46,366 bases of DNA. Source: Gaiellaceae bacterium (GTDB lineage Bacteria; Actinomycetota; Thermoleophilia; Gaiellales; Gaiellaceae). The stretch lies in contig DAISLG010000001.1 of NCBI GenBank assembly GCA_036820565.1, positions 10,614-56,979 on the forward strand, in the 5' to 3' direction. The notes beneath the pieces were generated by a model. It ran no database searches. It was given only the letters and a program-made list of their open reading frames with translations, and had not been told where the DNA came from. Made by a program: the position numbers and the translations under genes. Positions 16,622-25,222 of this stretch are shown one piece after another (positions within the stretch are counted from its first letter, which is position 1; each line of letters opens with the position of its first letter).

Positions 16622-17563
16622 CTAGCCTCGCGCTCGCCCATCGCACCCAGGCAGCGCGCGGTCGTTCCGAAAGGGAGTCTTCAAAGCGGACGCAAGGAGC
16701 CGTCGCACGATCCACGGCTCGCGCAGCAGCGTGGGGTCGAGCCGGAGCGCCTGCAGCAGCCGGCGGCGGGAGCGGCGCTGGTCTCCGAGCACCGCCCAGC
16801 TGCGCGCGAGCATGAGCAGGAAGTTCCGGCGGGCCGCGCGCGCGTCCGGCACGTCGCTCCGCCTGTCGAGGAGCGCCAGGTGCTTTTCCGCAGTCTGGAT
16901 CTGTCCCATCGTCAGCTCGTAGGTCGTCATCTGCCCGGGGTGGTGGCGATACACGGCGACTGCGGGGAGCTCGAGGAAGACGATCCGCGTCTCGAGCGCG
17001 AGACGGAGGTAGAGGTCGTAGTCGTCGAGGAGGAGCGCGGGATCGTAGAGCCCCGCCTGCTCGATCGCATCCACGCGCGCGGTCAGGGCCGTGCTGAAGC
17101 AGCGGCAGTCGAACGCGTAGCCGGCGTACGTGACGCCGTTCCGGTGGGCGCGGGAGAAGAGCTCGTGATGACGCTCGGTCTCCTCGGGAAGCGGCCGGTC
17201 GAGCTCGTCGATCAGATCGACGTGGCCGTGCACCATCCCCACGCGCCGGTCGGCAAGGACCGGCACCTGGCGCTCGAGCTTGTCCGGCGCCCAGCGGTCG
17301 TCGGAGTCGAGGAACGAGATCAGCGGCGTCCGGGTCTCCCTCACCGCACGATTGCGAGCTCCGGAACGTCCCTCGTTCTCCTGGCGCACGTAGCGGATGC
17401 GGTCGCGGTAGGGCGCCAGCACGGCCTCGGTGTCGTCGGTCGAGCCGTCGTCGACGACGAGGATCTCGTCGGGCTCCAGCGTCTGCGCGAATGCGCTCTC
17501 CAGCGCGCCCGGGAGAAACGCGGCCCGGTTGTAGGTCGTGATCGCCGCGGTGACCGCGTTCAC
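16622..17563 (-). CDS. GT2 family glycosyltransferase
   Basis: GTG 17563 overlaps the upstream TGA (GTGA). The longer track ORF to 17848 is an Arg/Gly-rich artefact. Motifs are AAITTYNRAAFL, VVDDGSTDDT and FLDSDD. Confidence 0.85.
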   Translation of the reverse strand: MNAVTAAITTYNRAAFLPGALESAFAQTLEPDEILVVDDGSTDDTEAVLAPYRDRIRYVRQENEGRSGARNRAVRETRTPLISFLDSDDRWAPDKLERQVPVLADRRVGMVHGHVDLIDELDRPLPEETERHHELFSRAHRNGVTYAGYAFDCRCFSTALTARVDAIEQAGLYDPALLLDDYDLYLRLALETRIVFLELPAVAVYRHHPGQMTTYELTMGQIQTAEKHLALLDRRSDVPDARAARRNFLLMLARSWAVLGDQRRSRRRLLQALRLDPTLLREPWIVRRLLASALKTPFRNDRALPGCDGRARG

Positions 17564-18630
17564 CGCGCGACCTCGGCGTAGAGCTCGAGAATCTTCTCCT
17601 CCATTGCCTTGGCCGTGAACCGCTCCGCCACGCGCCGCCGCCCGGCCTCTCCGAAACGGCGGCGCAGCTCCGGGTCCTCGAGCAGCCGGCGCAGAGCCGC
17701 GGCCAGCGCGGCCGGATCGCGCGGCGGCACGAGCAGCCCCGTCTCGCCGTCCGCCACCACTTCCGGCGTGCCGCCGACCGCGGTGGCCACCACCGGCCGG
17801 CCGTGCGCCATCGCTTCCAGCAGGCTCATCGGCAGCCCTTCCGTCCACGACGGGAGCGCGACCACGTCGAGCTCGTCGAGCAGCGCGTGCACGTCCTCGC
17901 GGAAGCCCAGCTCGAGGCGGTCGCGCACGCCCATCCGTTCCGCCTCGCGCTCGAGCTCGGCCTGGAATGCACCGCCGCGCTCGAGGTCACGTCCGGCGAG
18001 GACGAGTCGGGTGCCTGGCACCTCGGCCACCGCCTGAATCAGCTCGCGCTGCCCCTTCACGTCGCAGTAGCGTGCGATCTCGCCGATCACCGGCGGGTCG
18101 TTGGCAGGCACCGAGCCGTTCTGGGGCAACTCGACGCCGTTGTAGATGACCCGGATCCGACCCACGGGATAGCCCTGCCGCTCGTAGGCCCGCTTCGTGT
18201 CCTCCGAGACGGCGACGAGCGCGGCGGCGAGCCGTGCAGTTGCGTTGTCGAGTCGGGCGACGAGCGCCCGCGTCGAGGGTCGGAAGTGATTCTCGATGTG
18301 CAGATGGGAGACCACCGGCACGCCGGCTGCGCGGCCGGCCAGACGCGAGAGCGCGTTCCCGGCGGCGAGAGTGTGGGTGTGGAGGACGTCGGCGCGCTCA
18401 TGTCGCAGGAGCCGCGCGAGCCGCCATGCAGACGGCAGCTCGAACGAGCGACGGAGCGCGATCAGATGGACGCGAAAGCCCTCGCGCTCCGCCAGCTTGG
18501 TGAAGGGGCCGCGTTCCGGTGCCACGAACACGGCCTCGCCGCCATGTTCCTGCAGCGCCCGTGCGAGGCGCAGCGCGACGGCCTGGCCGCCCGCGACGTC
18601 GCCGCCGATCACGAGGTGGACGACCTTCAC
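17560..18630 (-). CDS. GT4 family glycosyltransferase
   Basis: MKVVHLVIGGDVAGGQ N-terminus and E-x7-E region TEGLPMSLLEAMAHGRPVVATAVGG. Confidence 0.9.
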   Translation of the reverse strand: MKVVHLVIGGDVAGGQAVALRLARALQEHGGEAVFVAPERGPFTKLAEREGFRVHLIALRRSFELPSAWRLARLLRHERADVLHTHTLAAGNALSRLAGRAAGVPVVSHLHIENHFRPSTRALVARLDNATARLAAALVAVSEDTKRAYERQGYPVGRIRVIYNGVELPQNGSVPANDPPVIGEIARYCDVKGQRELIQAVAEVPGTRLVLAGRDLERGGAFQAELEREAERMGVRDRLELGFREDVHALLDELDVVALPSWTEGLPMSLLEAMAHGRPVVATAVGGTPEVVADGETGLLVPPRDPAALAAALRRLLEDPELRRRFGEAGRRRVAERFTAKAMEEKILELYAEVAR

Positions 18631-19337
18631 CGGCAGACCGCGACGATCTCGCTCGCGCCCTCGACGCCGGTCCGCGTGATCTCGATCTCGTCCAGCGACA
18701 CCTCGGCCATCGGCGGCGTCCCCAGCAGCCGGGACGCCGGACGCAGGAAGGCCAGCCGCTTGCGCAGCCCGAGCGGATCGAGCCGTTGCATCGTGCGATG
18801 CCGCCCGCTCTGCCGCCGCCGCTGGCCGTAGAGCGTCACCTCGCCGAACTGTGCGCGCAACAGGCGCTCGAGGTCGGCGGCCGAGAGCTCGACCGCATGG
18901 AACGGGTTCTCGGGATTGCGCGTCGTCTCGTCGACGCGCGGCGTCGAGACGAGGCAGGCGCCGCCCGGCCTGGTGACACGGCGGAGCTGGGCGACGAGAG
19001 CCTCGGGATCGGGGACGTGCTCGATCGTCTCGAAGGAGCAGGCGGTGTCGAAGGAGTCGCTCTCCAGCGGCAGGTCGAGCAGGTCGGCTTGCAGGAACTC
19101 GATCCGACCGGAGCCGTAGCGCCGCCGGGCGTACTCGATCGTTTCCGGATCGCGATCGACACCGACGACTCGACGCGCAGCGTGGGCCAGATGCGCCGTC
19201 CCGTAACCGACGCCGCAGCCCGCGTCGAGGACGTCCTTGCCGACGCAGAACGGGAGCGCGAAGTCGTAGCGCTTGAGGTGAAGGGCGACGATTCCCGGCT
19301 CGGTCTCGTCCGGGACGATCCGCTCTGGGTGACTCAC
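18627..19337 (-). CDS. class I SAM-dependent methyltransferase
   Basis: GTG 19337 is chosen because the 35 residues upstream in track ORF 18627..19442 look non-coding. Motif I is VLDAGCGVGYGTAHLA, followed by SFETIEHVPDP and TRPGGACLVSTP. It overlaps the downstream GT4 start by 4 nt. Confidence 0.8.
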   Translation of the reverse strand: MSHPERIVPDETEPGIVALHLKRYDFALPFCVGKDVLDAGCGVGYGTAHLAHAARRVVGVDRDPETIEYARRRYGSGRIEFLQADLLDLPLESDSFDTACSFETIEHVPDPEALVAQLRRVTRPGGACLVSTPRVDETTRNPENPFHAVELSAADLERLLRAQFGEVTLYGQRRRQSGRHRTMQRLDPLGLRKRLAFLRPASRLLGTPPMAEVSLDEIEITRTGVEGASEIVAVCR

Positions 19338-19451
19338 AAATGCCTCACAGGCCCAAAGTATCCTTGCACCCGCCGTGCGCGACGCCCTTCCTCGTCCCGG
19401 AACTCGCGTCGTAATGACGAACAGCGCGCCCCGGCGGCACAAGGCTTCGTT
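19338..19451. promoter_or_regulatory. divergent intergenic spacer, locally low GC
   Basis: 114 bp lie between starts 19337 (-) and 19452 (+). It contains caaatgcctcacaggcccaaagtatccttgcac. I cannot assign a confident -35/-10. Confidence 0.3.
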
Positions 19452-20828
19452 TTGACGCGGGTTCTTACGCTCGAGCGCGCAATTCAGCTGGCAATCGTCG
19501 CCACGGTCGTCACCGCCGTACTCGCCGCGGGTGCCCTGCTCTCCTGGCTGGAACCCGCCCGCAAGCTGCGCTGGGCCGCCTTGTTAGTCCTGTTCGCGCT
19601 CTCGCTCGTGGCCGCGCGACGGGCGCGGGCACGAGCCCATCCGGCAAGCACGTACGCCGCCGCCGCAGGTCTCTGCGCGCTGGCCCTCCTCTCCGCAACC
19701 TGGTCGTCTCGCCCGCTCTCGACCGCCGCGCACGCGCTTTCTTTCATTCTCCTGCTCGCAGCGTGCGTCGCCCTCGCCCAGGCGGTTCGAGGCCGGCCGG
19801 AGGCGATCCGCGCGGTGCTCGACGGGGTGCTCGCCGCCACGGCTGTCGTGGCGCTGGGGGGGCTGCTGGTCCTGCTCTTCCGACACGACCGGGCACTCGC
19901 ACCGGCGACGACCTCACTGCCCGTCCGCTATCAGGGTCTCGGCGGCGGACCGGACACGGCGACGATGGTCATGGCCGTCGGTGTGCCGCTTGCCGCGCGA
20001 GCGCTCGCGGACACGTGGCGACGCATAGCCGGACTGCTTCCCGCTGCGCTCCTGCTCCTGCTGCTCGGCTCGATCGTCGCCTCCGGGTCGCGCGGAGCGC
20101 TGCTGGCCGCCTTCGGAGGGCTGCTGGCATACGTGCTCATCGGCTTCCGCGGCGCACGGCAGCGGACTCTGCTCGCGGCCGGCGTCGCCGCCGTGTTCGT
20201 GCTCAGCGCCCTGTTGACGCGCCTGCCGAAACCGCTCGACACACCGCCGGCGGCCGCAAGGCCGGGCGCGTCTGCGGCTCCGGCCTGGTTGAAGCCGCGG
20301 CCGGGTTACGTCGACGCGAACGTCGTGCTGCGGCTGAACGACGACATCGGCCACCCCCTTCCGGGAGTGGCCGACACGACGCCGAGCCCGAGGACCCTGT
20401 TCGGGACGAGCGGACGCGCGGAGGCCTGGCAAGGAGCGCTCGAGCTCGGGGCGAAGAGACCCTTGCTCGGCTACGGGCTCGGACGCGAGGATGACGTTTT
20501 CGTCGACCGGTACGTCGACTTCAACTCGAACCAGCCGGAGAACTCGTACATCGGGCTGTTCCTGCAACTCGGAGGGGTTGGGGTCGCCGTCTTCATGCTG
20601 CTCGTCGGGAGCCTGGCGGTCCGGGCTCTCCGTGCGCCTGCCCGGCTGCTCGAGCCCGAACGGCGGCTCGTTGCAGCGTGCGCCGGCGCATTCGCGGCAG
20701 GGCTCGTGCTCGCGTTCTTCCAGTCGTACATCTACGCGGTCGGCAGCAACGCGGCCGCGGCGGTGTGGATCTGCGCCTTCATGCTCGCGGCAGCCGCGAC
20801 GCTCAGGGACACGTCTGCCCGTGGCTGA
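19452..20828 (+). CDS. Wzy_C / O-antigen ligase-like polytopic membrane protein (paralogue 1)
   Basis: TTG 19452 is the first start in frame after the spacer. Track ORF 18519..20828 is antisense to the methyltransferase upstream. The protein has about 10 hydrophobic spans, GSIVASGSRGALLAAFGG, SGRAEAWQGALELGAKRPLLGYGLG and ENSYIGLFLQLGGVGV. Confidence 0.75.
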   Translation: MTRVLTLERAIQLAIVATVVTAVLAAGALLSWLEPARKLRWAALLVLFALSLVAARRARARAHPASTYAAAAGLCALALLSATWSSRPLSTAAHALSFILLLAACVALAQAVRGRPEAIRAVLDGVLAATAVVALGGLLVLLFRHDRALAPATTSLPVRYQGLGGGPDTATMVMAVGVPLAARALADTWRRIAGLLPAALLLLLLGSIVASGSRGALLAAFGGLLAYVLIGFRGARQRTLLAAGVAAVFVLSALLTRLPKPLDTPPAAARPGASAAPAWLKPRPGYVDANVVLRLNDDIGHPLPGVADTTPSPRTLFGTSGRAEAWQGALELGAKRPLLGYGLGREDDVFVDRYVDFNSNQPENSYIGLFLQLGGVGVAVFMLLVGSLAVRALRAPARLLEPERRLVAACAGAFAAGLVLAFFQSYIYAVGSNAAAAVWICAFMLAAAATLRDTSARG

Positions 20829-22056
20829 GCCGGCCGCCGCGGCGGGCCGCCGCCCGCGCATCCTCGTCCTGAATCAGTACTACTGGCCCGGCGTCGAGGC
20901 GACCGCGCATCTCCTGTCGGAGCTCTGCGCAGCGCTCGCCGACGAGTTCGACATTACGGTCGTGACCGGAATGGTTCCCGACGCCCAGCGACCGGGCCGC
21001 GAGAGTCACGACGGTGTCGATGTGATCCGCGTCCACTCGACCGCCTTCGACCGGCGCCGACTGTCACTGCGTGCGGTCAACTACCTGACGTACCTCGTCC
21101 AGTCGGCGTGGACCGGGTTCTCGGCGGAGCGGCCGGACCTGGTCCTGTCCATGACCGACCCGCCAGTGATCGCCAACGTTGCGCTGCTCGTGGCGCGGCG
21201 GTTCGAGGTTCCACTCGTCGTCGTCAGCCAGGACGTCTTCCCCGAGGTCGCGGTCGAGCTGAAGCGTCTGGAGAATCCCGTCCTGGTGGGCGCCCTACGC
21301 GTTGCCATCCGCTATTACCTCCAACACGCCGACCGCGTCGTCGCGATCGGCGAGACGATGCGGCGCCGGCTCGAGGAGAAGGGCGCCAGATCGGATCGGA
21401 TCTCCGTGATCCCGAACTGGGTCGACACCCGGCGCCTCCAGCCTCAGCCACGCAACAATCCCTGGGCGCGGGAGCACGACCTGGACGGCAAGTTCGTCGT
21501 CATGCACTCCGGCAACGTCGGGCACGCGCAGAACCTCGACGCGCTGGTCCGCGCCGGGACCTTCCTCCGCGACCTGGAGGATCTCCGGATCGTGGTGATC
21601 GGCGGCGGCGCGCGCCGGGACGAGCTCAAGCTCCTGGCTCGACTCCTCCAAGTCGACCAGATGCGTTTCATGGGCTACCAGCCACGCGACGTGTTGCCCG
21701 AGTCGCTGTCCTCCGCGGATCTCCACGTGGTCGGGCTCGCCCGCGGGCTGGCGGGCTATGTCGTTCCGAGCCGCCTGTACGGGATCCTCTCGGTCGCGCG
21801 GCCGGTTGTGGTCGCCGCCGATCCCGAGAGCGAGACCGCGCAGGTGGTTCGCCGAGCCGACTGCGGCATCGTCGTGCCGCCGGGACGCCCCGAGCTGCTC
21901 GCGCAGGCGATCCGGCGCGCATACGACGGTGAGCTCGACCTCGAGGAGCTGGGCCGGCGCGGGCGGGAGTACGTCGTCGAGACCGCCGACCGCGCGGTCG
22001 CCGTCGAGCGTTATCGCTCGGTCCTCCGGGAGCTGACGGCGAAGGCGGCGGCATGA
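20821..22056 (+). CDS. GT4 glycosyltransferase, WcaI-like
   Basis: GTG 20821 gives an 8-nt overlap. Motifs are RILVLNQYYWPGVEATAHLLSELC, MHSGNVGHAQNLD and VPSRLYGILSVARPVV. Confidence 0.85.
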   Translation: MAEPAAAAGRRPRILVLNQYYWPGVEATAHLLSELCAALADEFDITVVTGMVPDAQRPGRESHDGVDVIRVHSTAFDRRRLSLRAVNYLTYLVQSAWTGFSAERPDLVLSMTDPPVIANVALLVARRFEVPLVVVSQDVFPEVAVELKRLENPVLVGALRVAIRYYLQHADRVVAIGETMRRRLEEKGARSDRISVIPNWVDTRRLQPQPRNNPWAREHDLDGKFVVMHSGNVGHAQNLDALVRAGTFLRDLEDLRIVVIGGGARRDELKLLARLLQVDQMRFMGYQPRDVLPESLSSADLHVVGLARGLAGYVVPSRLYGILSVARPVVVAADPESETAQVVRRADCGIVVPPGRPELLAQAIRRAYDGELDLEELGRRGREYVVETADRAVAVERYRSVLRELTAKAAA

Positions 22057-22442
22057 GCCGGAGACTCGCGCTTGCGGTAGCGGCCGGCGTCGTTCTCGTC
22101 GCCGTCCTCGTCGCGATCGGGCAGTGGGAGCGCTCGCATCGTGCGGCAGTTCAAAGTCGTGGGATGCAGCAGGTCGCGCGGACGGTAGGGCCCCTCGGTT
22201 CTCCCTCCCTCGACGCCTTCCGCGTTCTCGGCAGCTTCGACTGCCTGCTCTACAAGCGCGGAGCCAATCCGTTCGCGCTCGAGCTCTGCATCGATCGATC
22301 GGGTCGGATCGTCGAAGCGATCGACCGCCGTGGCGGGTCGGTGCGGATCTGGAGCCTGCGCGACGATCCGACGCGGTCGACCGTGCGCGTCGATCGAGCC
22401 GAGGTCGAGCGGCTGCTCGACAAGATGGTGGTGCGCCCGTAA
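22053..22442 (+). CDS. hypothetical bitopic protein (N-terminal membrane anchor)
   Basis: It has an ATGA overlap with the GT4 gene. One hydrophobic span (LALAVAAGVVLVAVLVAIG) is followed by a ~100-aa soluble part containing two Cys. I recognise no family. Confidence 0.5.
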   Translation: MSRRLALAVAAGVVLVAVLVAIGQWERSHRAAVQSRGMQQVARTVGPLGSPSLDAFRVLGSFDCLLYKRGANPFALELCIDRSGRIVEAIDRRGGSVRIWSLRDDPTRSTVRVDRAEVERLLDKMVVRP

Positions 22443-22504
22443 CCGTTGCTCCGCAATTCCGCCGGCAGCTCGAGGGCGCAATCCAGGTCCTCGTAACGAC
22501 GCTC

Positions 22505-23809
22505 GTGTTTGCGCTGGCGGCTGCGTCGAGCAACGTCTACCTCCTCAACATCCCGGTCGGGCGGATCGCTCGGTGGGTCTTGCTGGGGATCCTCTGCGCC
22601 CTGGCGCTCATCTATGCGGCTACGAGCACGCGTTGGCGGCCGCGCCTGGGCCTGCCCGCGGCCCTCGGCGGCGCAATCGCGGTGCTCGCTTTCGCGTCCA
22701 TCCTCTGGTCGCCGGATCCGCGGCTCACGCTGGGGCGAACGGTCACGCTGCTCGTCCTCCTCGTCACAGCGGTCGCGCTCGTCTACGGGACCGAGGGACG
22801 GCCCGAGGCCGCCGGTCAGATCCTGCTCGCGATTTTCGTTGCCGTCTTCGCGGTGGCGGTGGGCGGCCTCATCGACCTCGCGGTGCGGCCGAACCTCGCC
22901 TACATTCCCGCGACCACCCAGTCTCCGCTTCGCTATAGCGGGCTTGGCGCCAACCCCAACACGATGGCGATGATTCTTGCCCTCGGTATCCCGATCGCCG
23001 TCTGGGCAGCCGCCGAAGCCGGCGCGCGGTGGACGAACGCGGTCGCGCTGGGAGCGCTGCTGCTCTTCGACGGGTCGATCGTCGCGGCTGGGTCGCGCGG
23101 AGCACTCCTGGCGGCCCTGCTCGGCGTGGCGGTCCTGATTCCCGCGCTCGTCCGGACCCGCCGAGCCCGGGTCGTCCTTGCGGCGATTGCGATCTCCGTC
23201 TTCGCGCTCGACGTGGGGGTGATGGAGCTGCCCCAGCCGGCCCGCACGAATCCGGTGCTCAACAAGCGGTTCGGCGGCTACGTGCCGCTCGGGCCGAAGG
23301 ATGCGCAGGCGGTTCGTCCCCTGGAGAATGAAATCGGGTTTCCAAAAGCGGGTGCCAGGCCGTTTCGCCGCTCACTCTTCGTGACGAGCGGGCGCTTGCC
23401 CGCCTGGATCGGCGCCTCGCGCCAGATCGGCCAGCGTCCGCTCCTCGGGTACGGGTTCGGCACAGAGCAGAGGGTCTTCGTCGATCGGTTCTATCTCTTC
23501 TACTCGTCGCTGGTCGAGAACTCCTACCTCGGGACGGCGCTGCAGCTGGGGTTGGTCGGCCTCGGGCTCCTGGTCGCGCTGCTCGCCGCCATTGCGCGTC
23601 GCGGCGTCCAAGCACTCAGGCGCGCCGACGAGGCGGGCCGGCGTGTCGCAGGAGCGTGTGCGGGCGTCGCGACGTGCGGCGTCGTGGTTGCGGCGAGCCA
23701 GTCCTACCTGACGTCGGTCGGGAGCCCGCCCGCGGCAACGTTCTGGGTGTGCGCTTTTCTGCTTGCCGGCTTGGCCCCCGCGACGGCGCGCCGGCGAGCG
23801 AGCCCGTAG
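22505..23809 (+). CDS. Wzy_C / O-antigen ligase-like polytopic membrane protein (paralogue 2); start unresolved
   Basis: It aligns with paralogue 1: PLRYSGLGANPNTMAMILALGIPIA, GSIVAAGSRGALLAALLGV, SGRLPAWIGASRQIGQRPLLGYGFG and ENSYLGTALQLGLVGL. GTG 22505 is the first canonical start after the upstream TAA. Similarity to paralogue 1 begins earlier, around 22466 (see finding). Confidence 0.7.
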   Translation: MFALAAASSNVYLLNIPVGRIARWVLLGILCALALIYAATSTRWRPRLGLPAALGGAIAVLAFASILWSPDPRLTLGRTVTLLVLLVTAVALVYGTEGRPEAAGQILLAIFVAVFAVAVGGLIDLAVRPNLAYIPATTQSPLRYSGLGANPNTMAMILALGIPIAVWAAAEAGARWTNAVALGALLLFDGSIVAAGSRGALLAALLGVAVLIPALVRTRRARVVLAAIAISVFALDVGVMELPQPARTNPVLNKRFGGYVPLGPKDAQAVRPLENEIGFPKAGARPFRRSLFVTSGRLPAWIGASRQIGQRPLLGYGFGTEQRVFVDRFYLFYSSLVENSYLGTALQLGLVGLGLLVALLAAIARRGVQALRRADEAGRRVAGACAGVATCGVVVAASQSYLTSVGSPPAATFWVCAFLLAGLAPATARRRASP

Positions 23810-25128
23810 AGCTCGGTCGCAGCCAGAACCCCGAGCGCGAGGAAGAGACCGCGGACCGGGATTGCGAAGCGCGCCTCGACGTGGTGGGTGCCGAGGACGA
23901 GGGTGTATGCGGCCAGGAAGACGACGATTCCGGCCGCCGCCCCGCCGCGCGCGAGCGCGAGCGCCGCCCCCACGAGAGCGAAGAGCAGCACGATCCAGTC
24001 GAGCACGATCATCGCCGCGAGCGCCGCACCTCCCGGCTGGTACCAGTCGTTGTGCGCAGCCCAGAGGAAGTACATGCGGTACACGTCCTCCCACACCAGC
24101 GCCGCCGGCTCGTCGCGAAGCCGCTCCCGGTAGCGCGCCCAGGCCGCGCGTCGGAGCTCACGGTCGGCGCGATCGAGGTAACGGGGGTGCGCCTGCGGGT
24201 CGCGGCGCAACTCGTCGAAGGACGGGGCGAACCGGTGCACGTTGCTCAGCTCGGCGGCGAAAGCGGGATCCTCCTCGACGTCCGCGAACGTCCGTCCGTG
24301 CCCCTCGCCGTACGCGGCAAGGAGGAAGTTGAAGCCTTCGCCCCAGTTCGCGAGCACCGGTCGGCCGGCGACGTGATTCGTCCACACGAGCCAGGGTGCG
24401 AGGAGGGCGAGCGAGCACAGAATCGCGGCCGCGACGCGCCTGAGCCGCGTACCGGGGGCTCCCACCCGAATCGCCGCGCCGATCACGACCAGCGGAATCG
24501 CGACGACGAAGACCGCGCGCGTCAGCGTGAGCGCCGTGGCGGCCGCGGCCGCGAGCGCCCACCATCGCGGCGAGTGGTGCTGCCAGGCGCGAGTGAACGC
24601 GTACGCGCCGGCGAGCACGAGCGTGCCGGCCAGCGTCTCGCTCATGACCAGACCCACGTAGTGCTTGGAATACGGGTCGAGCGCGTACGCCAGCGTGGCG
24701 AGCAGGGCGACCCGGGGACCCCACCACCGGCGCACGGCCAGCGCGAGCAGGAAGGCGCCGCACCCGAACAGGATTCCCTGGAGGAGGAGCTGGAGCTTCA
24801 GGGCGCCGCCCCAGCGGCCTTCGGCGGTTGCAGCGAGGAAGAGTGGATAGCCGGGTGGGCGGAAAGCCTGGCGCTCCGGCGCGTCCCAAACCGGTCCACG
24901 GGGAACCGGCAGCGCCGTCAGGTCGTAGAACCCGTTCGGGTACGTGAAGTACAGGCCGTCCTTGATCGGTGTCGAGTAGCTCCCGGCGAGGAGCGCCGAT
25001 CCGGCCGCGCGGTAGCTCGCGCTGTCTGTGCCCATGTTGGTGCTGAGGAGCGGCGCGTAGAGGAGGCCGTGCAGGCCGGCGACGAGCGCGATCACCAGGG
25101 CGCGTTTCTTGAACCGAGCGTCGGCCAT
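23704..25128 (-). CDS. polytopic membrane glycosyltransferase, GT-C fold (ArnT/PMT_2-like)
   Basis: ATG 25128 is chosen because it leaves a 94-bp divergent spacer. The track ORF extends to 25269. The protein has at least 10 hydrophobic spans. PPGYPLFLA and YALDPYSKHYVGLVMSETLA resemble ArnT/PMT_2 proteins. Confidence 0.65.
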   Translation of the reverse strand: MADARFKKRALVIALVAGLHGLLYAPLLSTNMGTDSASYRAAGSALLAGSYSTPIKDGLYFTYPNGFYDLTALPVPRGPVWDAPERQAFRPPGYPLFLAATAEGRWGGALKLQLLLQGILFGCGAFLLALAVRRWWGPRVALLATLAYALDPYSKHYVGLVMSETLAGTLVLAGAYAFTRAWQHHSPRWWALAAAAATALTLTRAVFVVAIPLVVIGAAIRVGAPGTRLRRVAAAILCSLALLAPWLVWTNHVAGRPVLANWGEGFNFLLAAYGEGHGRTFADVEEDPAFAAELSNVHRFAPSFDELRRDPQAHPRYLDRADRELRRAAWARYRERLRDEPAALVWEDVYRMYFLWAAHNDWYQPGGAALAAMIVLDWIVLLFALVGAALALARGGAAAGIVVFLAAYTLVLGTHHVEARFAIPVRGLFLALGVLAATELYGLARRRAVAGAKPASRKAHTQNVAAGGLPTDVR

Positions 25129-25222
25129 CGAGGAGGAGCGCCGGGCGCGAGCTCGCGCATCGGCGTGCAGGCGCGACTGTAAAGGATCGTCGCTCGCCGT
25201 CCGCACGGATAACGTCATCGCG
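25129..25222. promoter_or_regulatory. divergent spacer with 14-bp perfect palindrome GCGCGAGCTCGCGC (25145..25158)
   Basis: It lies between starts 25128 (-) and 25223 (+). I read the palindrome directly from the sequence. Confidence 0.3.

Noticed and set aside
23656-25182. 508-aa plus-strand ORF
   Set aside because: It is antisense to the GT-C membrane protein. The translation is Arg/Glu/Asp-rich with no hydrophobic or catalytic pattern.
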